DNA of 63,840 nt, taken from assembly GCF_023055435.1 (NCBI RefSeq), contig NW_025963890.1:19282001-19345840 (forward strand). The letters are read 5' to 3'. Shown here piece by piece: positions 48,954-61,895 of the stretch. This DNA is from Haliotis rufescens. Lineage: Eukaryota. The notes beneath the pieces were generated by a model. It made no database searches. It was not told where the DNA came from and saw only the letters and a program-made list of their open reading frames with translations. Numbering within the stretch: the stretch's first letter is position 1; each line of letters starts with the position of its first letter. Position numbers and translations under genes: made by a program.

Positions 48954-49714
48954 ACTTTTAGGTTGACGGATGTTTATATGGAAATAATATCCAGTATAAA
49001 ATTATCTTAATGTGACCGATCGATTCATCGTTGTGAAAAGGGATGGGAGTGTTTGCTGCAGTTTGATTGGTTGAAAAATGTTAAGTGGGATTCGATCCAG
49101 ACATCTTCACTGCATATGGAAAACTTTGCTTGAAAAGTATCCGTTTTTTCTCAATTCCCAAATTTGGAAAGAATGTGCCATTCGGTCTGGCGAAATGTAT
49201 ACCACATTAATAATATATCAAAGTTGAGCAACATTTACCAGAAAAAAACTTTGATTTGGTTTGTTTCACATTCTACCAGCCAGGTTGCTGTGACCTACGG
49301 AACATTACTGCAAACGTTTGTATTTTACAATATCGACAAAATTATGTGTTTTCAGAGTTGCTGGGGCCGTCGGTTCCAAATTAATTACACAAAAACACCA
49401 GCAAATCTGAAAATACATTAATTACCTCTAAATCTACACAAAGTCGTGAAAGGTATACTGGGTAATTCGAAGGATGGGAGGTAGTTGCATGCGCGAATGG
49501 TTTAATTCAACATAAACTGTCAAATAAACTGTAGAGTGTATTTTAGTAATTACCTTTTAGAAAATAATATGTAACATCAATATGTAATCAAAAAATTTAA
49601 TTGTGTCAGCTTCATGTAATCAACACATGAAGGGAGAGTGATTATGTTCTACAAGGTGACATTATGGCGAATTCATTCTACATTAGATGCATTCCGTTCA
49701 AACAGGACAGTGAC

Positions 49715-49835
49715 AGTCCACGACCGAAGGCACATGTTTGATTCCCCATATGGCAACAGTATGTGAAGCCCATTTCTGGTATCCCCCGCTATAAATTTGA
49801 TGGAATACTGCAAAAACAACCCCGCTCACTCACCC
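49715..49835 (+). mobile_element. Degenerate SINE family A copy
   Basis: GATTCCCCATATGG..TGTGAAGCCCATTTCTGG..CTCACTCAC. Confidence 0.7.
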
Positions 49836-50127
49836 TCTCCGGTCAATCAGGGTTCTCTTTGTCGTGCGAAGACCCTGACGTCCATTATGCCATGATAAGG
49901 AAATGATATTAACCTCAAATGTCATACATTCAGTAAATGATTTATACCAAGTTAACGCAAATTATGCTCAGTTATAATATTATATGGGACAAAAGACGAG
50001 ATGACGTTTATTAGAAATTCGCTTATGTCAACCACAGACATAATAACGCATTATTTCGAGGGTAGCAATTGAGAATCATTCCCGTTTGGAATCGCATGAA
50101 GGGGAGTTAAATAATAAGTAAATTAGA

Positions 50128-50345
50128 AACGAGTTGGGTGTTTGGCTGCTTTCAACAGTTTTTCAGTAATATCTCGGCGTGTCAGGTTGATGTTGCAGGG
50201 AGGCCAAAGTCAACCAACGTAGAAATTTGCCGTTTTGATCGAAATAAAGCAAATCGGGGAATCGAACCAAACGACAAGAGGATCCTAGCATTTCTAAGAG
50301 ACGCAACTCTGCATAAATCTAATTGCGGCGCTTTGACGACAGGAT
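50128..50345 (-). mobile_element. Degenerate SINE family C copy
   Basis: Reverse complement gives GTCGTCAAAGCGCCGC..GTTGCGTC..GGTTCGATTCCC..CTGACACGCCGAGATATTACTG. Confidence 0.65.
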
Positions 50346-51809
50346 CTTTGGTGTACTAATGTAATGAACCAAACGAGATATATATGGCACGTATATACTT
50401 ACATGAATACAATGACTATCCATGAGAAACCGAATGGTCTTTTTTATTGACAGAAAGGACAGCTCTTCAGATTCCTGCAACAGCGACAAGGGAGATAATT
50501 CAGACTTGAGCACCAACTTGTGAACCACGGATTGTCGGTGTGAAAGTACGGATTGGTACATAAAAACGAAATGACAATAGCTTCCGGGACATGTTGTATA
50601 ATCTACAGCTTATGCTTATTACATGTGGTCGTCAGCATGCGAAGTGTTGCATTATGAATACTTATTTTTATTGTTTTGTCACAACATTGTGTATGTTCCC
50701 GTTGGTGTGAATGTGGAGAGAGTTTGGAGTACGTTGTTTTATATTGTAAAATACTGTAGATTTAGAGAAGAATAAAATATCATTTTATGTATGTTCTTTT
50801 TATGTGATGATTTGATGTTTCTGATTTTATGATTTTATATGACACCAAGTGACATTTTGAATCACTATTCTGGAACTGACGGAATGGTTCCGACGCATGT
50901 TGCCTATGGAGCACTATCCTTTTATTGAATAACTGTTGCACAATCTGACAAAGTGAAACTTCAATATTAATTACTAATTAAAAACTAATCAGATCTTGAG
51001 AGAGATATCTATATTATTAAGATACAACAAACATTACTTATGAATACATTTTTATGAAAATTGTAAGAAACATATCAATATCACTATCAAAAATGGAGTA
51101 ATATTTTACTTATTGTCTCCATCTTATTGGTTAACATGAGTATGAAGGAGTATTTTGCCGGCACTACAATGACAGTTGTCCAGGTTTTATTTTGCAGCAA
51201 CATCGAACAAATTAGACTATCACAAATGAAATCGTTGAATAGTCTTTATCAAATACACGTACAATGTGTGAACAGATCATATGTAGCACGGTGAACTATA
51301 CTGAACAAAAAGAATTTGAGACAATGAAATATTTATATAACGTACTCATTTAAAAACACTCAGTCTTCATTACGAAAACATATCCCCACAAATATTCACA
51401 ACTTTTGTTTGTTCTGTATATATGAAAACAGCATCATGCTTTGGAGGTACAGTGCTTCTGCTTTTTGTACATATGTACCTGATACTGTTATATACTGGAT
51501 GGAAGTGTACATGGGAGTTTCATAACGTGACATCTTAGGGATCCAAGTGATGGTTTTCCCGAGTAAATGTAAAGTGTCTGACACGTCAAGTTATCATGTG
51601 AGATATGTTGTGGAGGTAATGACACCGTCTAGAGCCTTTTTCCGGCGCAAAGCCTAGATAACATCACACCAACACTGCTTACGCTTATATGTTATTACCC
51701 TGTGTCGCACATAGATCTGAAAGCAACTACTGAGGAATTAATTTAGTTTTTTTTTGTTTTAAAAGTGAGCCAGTGTATAACGGTCACACTTTTACCATAC
51801 ACCATACTC

Positions 51810-51915
51810 ACCGGGTTCGATTTCCCACATGGTTACAATGTCTGAAGCTCATTTCTGGTGTCCCGGCAATGATATTGGAATATTGCTAACATCCTCGTAG
51901 ATCCATACTCACTCA
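51810..51915 (+). mobile_element. Partial SINE family A copy
   Basis: CCGGGTTCGATTTCCCACATGG..CATTTCTGGTGTCCC..CATACTCACTCA. Confidence 0.75.
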
Positions 51916-52644
51916 TAAATTGTCATAAATGTTCCTCTTACCTTGATACGCACATTAAAAGGTACAGAATATATTTTGTTAAGTTTAAACGACGTCGCCA
52001 CTAGGGTATTCACCTCACAACTCCACTGTGTCTTTTTAAACCTATACAAAGAAACTGCTAGTGGCGCTTTATTTGACATGTAAAGTGACGGGACAGTGTC
52101 AGTGATCCTTCAAACTTTTGTCAAAGCGTTTGGACATGACTTTCATCGATTCTCACACTCGTGAGAATCTGATCGTGTTGGAAAAGAACGATGTCATTTC
52201 CAGTGTGTTTGTTAAGAAAGAAGATCTCACGTTGGGGAGTCAAAAGTCACAGTGCGTTGATGACTGAGGCGGTGGAGCGCTCAATGTTTACTGTGAACCA
52301 GCATCAGTGATTGGCTTGTCTCTACCCGGAGAATTGGGCCAAAACCTGTTTGTAATTTGCAGGCGATGTTTTTATTTTTATTTCATTATCAATGTTCAAA
52401 CTCTGCTGCGTTGGGTTAAAAAATAAACATCTAAAAGTTTAGAGGTTTTTCAGGCAGGTCTGTCTTATCTAATTACATGTATGACCTGTTCAAGCTAATT
52501 GCAGGTGATAACGAGACTCCTACGCGCTTATACAAATACGCTCCTGACAAGGAACAAAGGAAACACTCGGGAATGAAAGCGATATAATACTGATTATTGA
52601 TTTCAACTAGATAAGAAGAATGAGAGATGTTGCCTATATAGAAC

Positions 52645-52830
52645 CTTTGCCTTTGTTTAACGCCACACTCATCAATATTCCAGCTATATGATGGCGGTAT
52701 GTAAGAGCATCGATCCACGCAATTGAGATACGATGACATGCATCAAAGAGGTCAGCGAGCCTGACCTCCCGATCCCGTTAGTCGCCTCTTACGACAAGTA
52801 TGGTCGCCTTTTACGGCAAGCATTACCATA
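52645..52830 (-). mobile_element. SINE family D copy (CTTGTCGTAAGAGGCGACTAACGGGATCGGG head)
   Basis: Reverse complement has a GTCGTAAGAGGCGACTAA head and the tail AGCTGGAATATTGATGAGTGTGGCGTTAAACAAA. A weaker copy lies near 58440-58545. Confidence 0.7.
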
Positions 52831-55054
52831 TTGTATCCATATTTAATAGTTATATGCATACGTGTAAACAGCATGTTTGATCAATCGTAAGCAGCATCCA
52901 ATAATCAAAGCTTCAATGTCTGATTGTTTGTGATGACCCAACCCATTAACTCCTCTCTGAGAACCCATCACTCCGGGTATTGGTTTAAGCTTTGCGCAAT
53001 TTTTATCAAGTGTTAACATTAAAAAAATTTAGCTATGCCATTCGAATACACCCCGTGTCATCACTATTTTATAGTGATTCATGAACAAATGCTCACGGTA
53101 TAATCGGAATCGATTCCGTTTCTTATGATTATGGAAATGGATTATGTCGCTTGTATTTATTAAAGTTGGTAAGAATAGTTTGCACAAATGACATTGTTAA
53201 TAGTCAGCCTACAGCTCTGTATTATATGTATTTTGTCAATTTATGTGTCTTGGTTCGTTCGGGCCAATGCTATGGCCCACCATCCGTTAATATATTACAT
53301 AAAACAAAAGGAATTTACAAATGCAAATTGTGGGAGTAATGGTTGTCTGAACATCATGACAATTACGCCAATAGATTCTGTTTCGACATATAATCGACAC
53401 TGTTTTTCTCTGGCGTTGACGTTCTATACATATACGAAGCAGGCTACATGTCTCATTACAGACTCTTGCCTGGAGATATAAGCATATTATATTTTGACAA
53501 AGTAAGCTATACAAAATATTTTTCAGAGATATATCGGCGCCAGAGATTGATATAAACTATACAAATCAACCTGGTTCTCACTCAACATATCCCTTTGTGT
53601 GTATGTTGCAACCCTCAGGGATTAGAAAGCCATATATGCATTAGACTTTCCGTGGTAGTGTACATATCATTTGTCAATCTATTTATGAATAATTAAATTT
53701 TCCTTGTGTTCACTGAAATTCCTGCTTTCTTATAAGCTGAATTGGTCACGTGTTATTGCATTCATTTCCCAATGAATGTAAAAAATTAAGCAACGCCCAC
53801 CGTAGCGTACTACTTTTATTACTACTGAATGTCGGGGAATCTCCAATATTACAGTCGATGGAATTCCCTTTCTGCTCTCATGCATATTCATTGTCAAAAC
53901 AACCCTTTGAGACCGAAGGCCGAAAAGGAATGAAACAGCAAACATCCAGGCTCGCTTGTTTGTTTTCCCGCTTTCCTCGGTTCCACAACTTTCATGTCTT
54001 CGGGTTTCTTTTCTAACTAGCATGTCTCCAACTGTGTCTTTCCGTTCTCAGGGAACTAATGTTTGAATCTGGTGGTAACTGATCATGTCATTTGAAACAG
54101 CCGCCCTCTCCCGGACATATTTGTTCCGGCTCGTGACAGTCTGAGTGTTACACTGATTCTCGCCTCCTGTCTTGATTGACATGTCCGATGAACATTGTTT
54201 TGATCTTACTCTCTGTTGATTGGCTACTGACTTTGTAGGCGTGTCAAGTTATGTGCATAAATTAAACAATCACCTGATTCATGTCACGGCACAGTATGTA
54301 TTGTTTATCAATCTCGTCATTTTTGTCTGTTTTGATATATACAACTGTTTTTTTTGTTAAACTAATGTAGATAAAACATGTTTTCGTTGTCGAATTTAAT
54401 TATAAGCATTCACTGTGTATTTTGTCGGTTCATTGAGGTATGAATTGAAAAACCGATGTGCAAACTGAATGAATCTGCGTAGCTCAAACTTTAATTAAAG
54501 AACAACAGCGACCTGTAACATCTTCCCCAACAGGAGAGAGATTATAGAGTTGCATGCATAAGGTCATAACACCACAATATTAACAGCAATATATAGCATA
54601 CTACATCTCCAGTAACGCCCACAGATGGGTATGGGGAAACATAATTATATATGCTTTTGTATTTATCGGTTGACGTCATCATATATTAATGTTTCATCCT
54701 TGTATTGAACAGCCCTGTCAAAGCTAGAGCAATGGAAGGTCCTCATCTGATACACATCAAGTAAAAACTAATGAATTGTACATAGAACAATCACTATATT
54801 TGAGCTCCACATCAATCAATAGAGAGTATGGATGTTTCGGCTGGGCGTATGCATGATCCAGCCATACGGACAGATGGCAGTATGTGTCAAACCTTTCCCA
54901 TTACAATGGGTGTATTTTAGACTGCGATTAAAATGTAATAACATCATCGAGTAGACTGCACTGCCAGGTGTATTAAGTCGGGGAATTATATGTTTTTCAG
55001 TTTCGTCATTTATAGACTTCATCTGGACTATTAGCGTTGAATTATTCTTTCAAA

Positions 55055-56266
55055 ATGCAGCCCCGACTGTCTTTCTTTGTGTTACTGATGGACTGTATGT
55101 GCCAGTGCATGGTGAAAACAAGCATCGCAGATGAGTTGAAACTGATCAATGATGTCATCGAAAAGCGTTCAATGTTCTCCAAATGTGACCCTCAAAGTGG
55201 AAGTATTGTTTCTGTCAGTGTCGTTTTGTACCCTCAGTTTATCATTGGGCTGGATGAAAGAGAACAAGTTTTTACCTCAAGTGGGTGGATCGACCTGGCG
55301 TGGACCGATTCGAGACTAACTTGGAATGCTAGCATCTATGGTGGGATTGACAGAATGTATGTCAAGCAAACTATGATATGGATTCCAGATATCATGACTG
55401 AAAATTCTGTCGCAGGTTTAAGTATGTTGGGATCTGGTCAGGATTTTGTTATAGTTCATTCTGATGGAGAAGTTGAGTGGTCACCAGGAAACATTTTCAA
55501 AACTATCTGTGAAATTGATGTTGTCACATTTCCATTTGATTCTCAGAAATGTTTTTTAAATATTGGCTCATGGGTGTATTACAACGATGAGGTGAAGCTT
55601 GTGGCAACAAAGGATTCCATTAATATGGACTTTTTTAAGTCGAACTCTGAATGGAAATTGGTAAACATATCAATCGAGGCAACCGTTTCTGTATACGAAG
55701 GTGTGGACAGTATACAGGAGAGTGTAGCCTTCGTTTTCAAGCTAAAACGCCACAGTGTTTTCTACGTCGTGAAAATAATCATTCCAACTGTGATCTTATC
55801 CATTTTGAACAGTTTTGTGTTCATCGTTCCACCAGAGTCCGGGGAGAAAGTATCCATGTCCGTAACCACAATGCTATCCCTGACAGTGTTTCTCAGTTAC
55901 ATCGGTGACATTACCCCAAACAACTCAGAGAGCATCCCCATCATAGCTTTGTTCGTTGTCCTTCATCTTGCTCTGGGAGCCTTATCCATCATCTGTAACA
56001 TCCTCATTTTGAACATACACTACAAAGCTATGAAGAAAAAAGAAAAGAGAGATTTAAGAAGGGAAACAAGGGTCAACAGATCAAACAATAATGAACCTGA
56101 AGAAGTTACAATGGACACAATACCGAACTGTGCGGAAATCCCTGACGGTACGAAGGCTGAGAGGGCCAGGATAATTATGAGACACCTTGATATAATTTTC
56201 TTTGCTTTCTCCATCTTGCTATCAGCTGGTGTTACGATTGGGTGTGTAGCAATGATGTTAATTTAA
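55055..56266 (+). CDS. Cys-loop ligand-gated ion channel subunit, nAChR-like, non-alpha, single coding exon (403 aa from the first ATG)
   Basis: Signal peptide, LDEREQ, W.D.RLTWN, WIPDI, Cys-loop CEIDVVTFPFDSQKC, four TM helices, PPESGEK before M2. The ORF-track start at 55037 is TTG; the first ATG is at 55055. Confidence 0.93.
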   Translation: MQPRLSFFVLLMDCMCQCMVKTSIADELKLINDVIEKRSMFSKCDPQSGSIVSVSVVLYPQFIIGLDEREQVFTSSGWIDLAWTDSRLTWNASIYGGIDRMYVKQTMIWIPDIMTENSVAGLSMLGSGQDFVIVHSDGEVEWSPGNIFKTICEIDVVTFPFDSQKCFLNIGSWVYYNDEVKLVATKDSINMDFFKSNSEWKLVNISIEATVSVYEGVDSIQESVAFVFKLKRHSVFYVVKIIIPTVILSILNSFVFIVPPESGEKVSMSVTTMLSLTVFLSYIGDITPNNSESIPIIALFVVLHLALGALSIICNILILNIHYKAMKKKEKRDLRRETRVNRSNNNEPEEVTMDTIPNCAEIPDGTKAERARIIMRHLDIIFFAFSILLSAGVTIGCVAMMLI

Positions 56267-57806
56267 CATTTACGTCAACAAGTTCTAAATATACAATAAC
56301 TTGTAAGTGTAACAAATGTTCACAAGTATATCACCTTTAATTTATATACCTAATTTAAGTACTTGCAGTTGCTGCAGTGTGTCAGCACCTGTGTGAGAAT
56401 GATTTTACGTCGCTTTGAATATTATTTCAGTTATGTAATCGAAACTATTTCAGCACAATGTCGGAATATAGTCATAAATCACACAAGGCGTAAATAGACA
56501 CAAATAGTGGACTTGTACTAGTGGATAAACTAGGGGTATCATCACTATTTGATAGTGATTCAAAAACACATGTTATTGACATAATCGGAATCGTACAATC
56601 GACTCTGCTTTTGGCGAGTAGGAAGTACGTAACAAAGTCAGTGAGTGAGTTTGGTTTAATGCATCTTCAGTACAGTCTTTCGGTAATGTCAATTTATATT
56701 TATGGGCCCAAATTGACGTTCAATACTTTTCTTAAACCAACGAGCATATGCAGATGACAGAGGAGGATTTACAATATAATATGTATATATAAATATTTAC
56801 TATCAGTGTTTGCAACTGATGGATTCTGTGGTTTTCATATGAGGCTCGTGGGTATGTTTGGCATGCCATGCTTTAACTTACATCACCAAAGAACGAATAC
56901 CATTCGAAAAGCTTAAATCTTCACGTTATCTAATGGACAAAATCTTGGCCAATGATGATTAGGTTATCAACCACATGTGCTTGTATTTTAAAATCCCACT
57001 GATTTACATTGACACAAAACGGTCAATGTGTTTTCGTATTTTACAAATTGTAAAAATTGATTGGGACACCAGTTGATTATCAGTTCAGTTCAGTAATACA
57101 ACCTCTGAGAGATATTTATAAACTATTCAACAAATGTCAATGAACTTTTCTGCCAATAGCGACTTTCTTTACACATTTGAGTAACGATGGATGGCATGAA
57201 GCTCAAGTAATATGTTAAAATGCGCATTGTGTTTTATCATGCATTTTTTTCCTTACACTCACCATTGATCCGTGGAAGCTAATAATATAAATCTTTGCGT
57301 TGAGTAAAGCTATAAAGTAATTATGTCGATTCTATTCCAATAAACTAATAATAAGAAATAAATATCCCGAATACGTCTTGATACAAAGCATAATTTAGTC
57401 GTTTTGAAGATCATAACTATCTATACCAATTAGCATGCATACCACATGTAATTAACGATAAGGGTTATGTCGCACAATAAAACCAGGAAACTGGATAATA
57501 TGGTTTATTTTTTAGCAATTGTTATCCTCTTAAATTGATAACCACAAACTAGTCTCATCACCTTAAAGACATTTAGTTGTTAAAAATAATTTTCTGTGTG
57601 AATAATGATTATAACCCGACAATAAAATAATGTTTGATATGTATGTAAATGTGTTTACATGTATGATCAGACATTTAGGTATTTTACTGTGATAATTGAA
57701 CAATGTTTCCTTGAGAATTCATTAGTTGCCTTCCTGTATCAAACAAAAAACAAATCTGTTTCTGTCGTCAAATATCAGATCAATTGAGTATTTTTATGTT
57801 ATATTT

Positions 57807-57980
57807 TAGGGATTGTAGGATAGCCTCATGGTTCAGCGTTCACTCGACACGCCGAAGACCAGAGTTCGATTTCCCACATGGGTATCATGTGTGAAGACCA
57901 TTTCTGGTGTCCCCCTCCGTGATATTGCTAGAAAATTGATGAAGGCGTAAAAGCATTCGCACACACTCCCTCACTCACTC
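57807..57980 (+). mobile_element. Degenerate SINE family A copy
   Basis: TAGCCTCATGG..CGCCGAAGACC..GTTCGATTTCCC..CATTTCTGGTGTCCCC. Confidence 0.8.
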
Positions 57981-60417
57981 GAATACTTTGAGGTCACAGA
58001 CCCATGGTACATAATGTAAACAATACAGAAGCGTTTGTAAAGTTTAAAATAATGTATTCCTTTGTGGCATAGTATGAAAATAAACAATGAAAGTATACGA
58101 GTTGTCTTATTGTTCGTACATAACAATAATGAAGTAAAGTCATGTTTTGTCGGATGTACATAATATAAACAATCCTGAATAGTTTTGTTTCTACAATTCA
58201 AAATTAAATGTCAAGCTATCATGATGTTTCTCATAATTGTTGATATGGCAGTGGTGCTTGACATCTCTGTGTATATTTTCCTTTTAATAACCATTACTAT
58301 CTCTTAAATATACCTTTCCCAATCTATATCAGAGGTGTTTGTTTTGTAGTTGTAATCAGTAAATACGACAATGTTAGACCCTGAATTGAACTGAACACGG
58401 GCAATTAAAAATCCACACAAATGGTTTACAATGACACGCAAACGGCCAAGTCACCGAATCTGATCACCTGCCCCTCTTAATTTCCTATGCGCAAAAGCAA
58501 GGGATAGTGGAGACCTATGCTTCCCTGGAATCCCCAAAGGGTTCAATATTGCGTGTTTTAGCATTACTCTTCAGAATCCTGAGTTCCGATTAGTTCGTCA
58601 GCCGTTTCGAATCAATGTTACATCATGATTTTGCTGATAACCGCATTACCGCGCTAGAAAAAAATTCTTCAGGAGCACTTCTTTCCTAAACCCACCTGTT
58701 TGGCAATTAGAAATGCGGATATTTCTTCATTAATGTTGCTAAATAACGTGTTGTGGCTCCTATTTTGTTTCAGCAAGTGCGGCAGTATACTTCAGGTGGA
58801 AATCCGGAACATATACTGAGAGAGTATGTGTAAATTTTAATAACATCAACAGGGTTGGATTTTGGCGCAAACATCACCAACTGTGATGTCATGTCTGCCA
58901 CATCACAATACCTCGACTTCCAATTTTTAGAACAGTATGACGTCCTTATGGCGCTTTGTACAAAAATACAAAGTTTCATTTTCTCTGGTGATGTATGCTG
59001 AATAAAACTTTCAGGATTTCTACCTACGTGATTTATTCGTGTCTCAGTGAAGTGGTTCATGTATTATGGTAAAATATATGGCTTAGGTACAAAAAGAAAA
59101 CAAATGTGCAGATTAAAACTAATCTTCACTGATCCCTTTGTACCTACTGAATATTATGGACTCAATCTACGCCTCATTACTGATTATCTCCGCTATAACC
59201 AAAGAGTTTCGAAATCTAGAATTATACACAACTGTGTTGAAAACTGTACATTGAAAACTCTATGGGTTATCTCCTTATTAGAAGCATATTTCAAATGTAT
59301 TCCATAGTTATGATCGGATACTGATTAATTGATTCTACTAATTGTGTAAATAACGCTTTCACTCGCAAGCAGTAATGTCATGAAAAGTTTGAACAAATGA
59401 TACTACGGCAGCCGTCCCTATATGAATTGCACTAATGGCTCTGTATTGATCCTGATGTTTCTTTTGACATGTGTTTAAATGTGATGAACAGGATGTTCAA
59501 GATAAGGTTGTTTGAATGAGTGAATGTGTTGCTTAACAACAGCTCTTTGGGGTGTATTTCACCTACTTTAGAGGAAAGCCTAAAGTTGACACAGATCGTA
59601 GACGGTGTCCATTCTTAGGGTGAAATCCATGGGCATGTATATGGCGTTGTCAAGCCTGAGTGCCTGAAACAGTAGGGCTTTATATCGCTTTGAACATTAT
59701 TCCGTTTGCATAAAATAAAGTTGTTCAGCTTAATGTGGAATGAAGTCCAAAATGTGACGTTGATGTGGCCTATTTTGTGTGAAACCCAATAACAAGGGAC
59801 TGGTGCTGTATTTATCTATTATTGGAAATATTAAAATCAGAGGGAGTCTGACTCCCTCGACAAAGGGTACGTCATAGTTACGTAGGAAGTTAGTAAAAGA
59901 TTTAGGTTTAAGACATGAACAGTATTTCAGTAATTTCATTGAGTATATATGAAAGATTAAAGCCTAAAGTGACGGTTTGATACTTTGATTAAACCCACGA
60001 GTACAATATATATGCAGGGAATGATATACTATGCAATTTGTGATGTTGTCAAGCCAAACATATTTGGAGATAATTAGGGATTTGAATCTATGATCAATGC
60101 ATGATGTGGGAGGCAACTCTGCGGATCTAATTGCGAAACCTTACACCACTGAACAACTGATGACACAAGATAAAAATAAAATAAGGTTGAACAAAAGCAC
60201 AGTTGGGTATCTGTTTTGGTATACTACAACTATTGTGTAACAATCTGCACATTGTTTTTTATTAACTATTTGTTGCAAACTAAGTGTAATTTCATTTGGA
60301 TACAAGAACATATCAAAATATCAACACTTCTTTGAAAATTTTCGTAAGAATTTTTTTTCATGTCTTTGGAAAACGATAACAATTTACCTATAAATATATG
60401 TTTATGGATAATGTATT

Positions 60418-60615
60418 GACCACCCCTGTGGTGACCTGGATGGAGTAAAAGGTCGATGGTCCGATTACCTGGTCGCATCATAACGTCAGGGGTATTGCTG
60501 TTACGATGCCAGGAGCTCGACAGGAATAGATTAAACTAGAACTGGTCGGTTCGTAGTCAGTATTATAAGTCTGAGCTGGGTATCCGTATTTAATAGCGGC
60601 GTGGTATCTCAATGG
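60418..60615 (+). mobile_element. Highly degenerate SINE family B copy
   Basis: ACTGGTCGGTTCGTAGTCAGTAT..GTCTGAG.TGGGTAT..GCGGCGTGGTATCTCA. Confidence 0.6.
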
Positions 60616-61895
60616 TCTCATAGAGGTCCTAAACAGTACGTAGAGGGGAATGTCCGAGTAACTAAGAGTTACGAGGATATTCCCCTACCTAAAACTCATC
60701 CCTACTTTTACTCTTTGACAAAATATTCTGTAGTTGAAAATATTTGAAAAATAAACCAGAACTCTTTGTTGTCTGTATTTGTACTGCGTGAGTCGGCCTT
60801 GCGTGATGCACGAGGAATACGTTATCTGCCGCTGTTGCACGTGCGCCAAGCTCTGTCGCGAGCTGACATTTACAATGCATGGTACACGGCTCTTCATAAT
60901 TTTGTTGGGTCCTAAACTAGTATTTATCAATCGCTTGCACATTGTTAATACATGCTGATGGGTATAACAGGAAATATAAAAACCCGAATACGCGAAATTT
61001 ATATTACCTTATTTTTTTTTTCTCGTGGAGGTTTATCTAACTGCTATAAATATGAACATTGTTGTGGATAATCTGCTCTAACACAAAATATATACATACT
61101 ATTTTGAGTTTTTAAGCATTATGCAAAAATGTGAAAATATTTAATAGTTAATTTCACACCATGCCTTCATGTGCCGCAGTAGCTGAGATTGACAATTACA
61201 CGTTTTCAAATTTAACGATGCGGCGGGTTCGAACCCCGCTGACGACACATGTTTTCGGAAAAAATGAAAATATTCACTTGTAAATAATTGTAAAAAATAG
61301 TTCCGTCTGTTCCAAATGGAAATTAATTCAAATGTTGCTTCAAGATAATGTACAGCTGACAAGCAACTCTCCATTCCTGAAAAATAATGGAGCGTTCAAA
61401 CAATGGAATGACGTCACATATGTGTTTAAAAACAGTACCTACACACACACACATATCCGCACCGCTATACAAGCTTCATCAAAAGAAATATCAGCTAAGA
61501 TCCATCGTAATTCCGACTATACCATGATAATATGCATTGATGTATTTATCGCTATCAAATGGTTCGCGAAAGGATGAGTCTATTTCACTTCACTTCATCA
61601 AGTATTGAACAGAATAACCACGCCACAGCAACCACAGATTGACATTCAACGTGAGATAAAGTAAATAATGATTTGTTTGTGGAAATTTCCGCTTAATGCC
61701 AATCGATAGACATGGATTAAACGTACCGTATTATACAGACCATTGGCAAGGCAACCATATCTTGTTTTTCAATGTCCCTACCCCTATGGACCGATTCGGG
61801 GGATTGACGTGTAAATACACAAAGAGTGAAATGCTGTACATACAACTTGTAGTTTCGTCACTTTAGGGCGAGAAGAATTGAAGTATAGTTATAAA

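Noticed and set aside
52770-52805. GTCGTAAGAGGCGACTAA hairpin head of SINE D as a ribozyme
   Set aside because: It can form a small stem-loop, but I could not fit it to a hammerhead, HDV-like or twister consensus.
53730-54130. Possible Crypton/tyrosine-recombinase fragment on the minus strand
   Set aside because: Only a faint resemblance (FGLKG..RAEREFHRL) interrupted by stops; not enough to call.
55037-61895. ORF-track starts at 55037 and 61878 for the channel genes
   Set aside because: Both are TTG codons. The first ATGs (55055, 61896) have an AAAATG context and begin the signal peptides.
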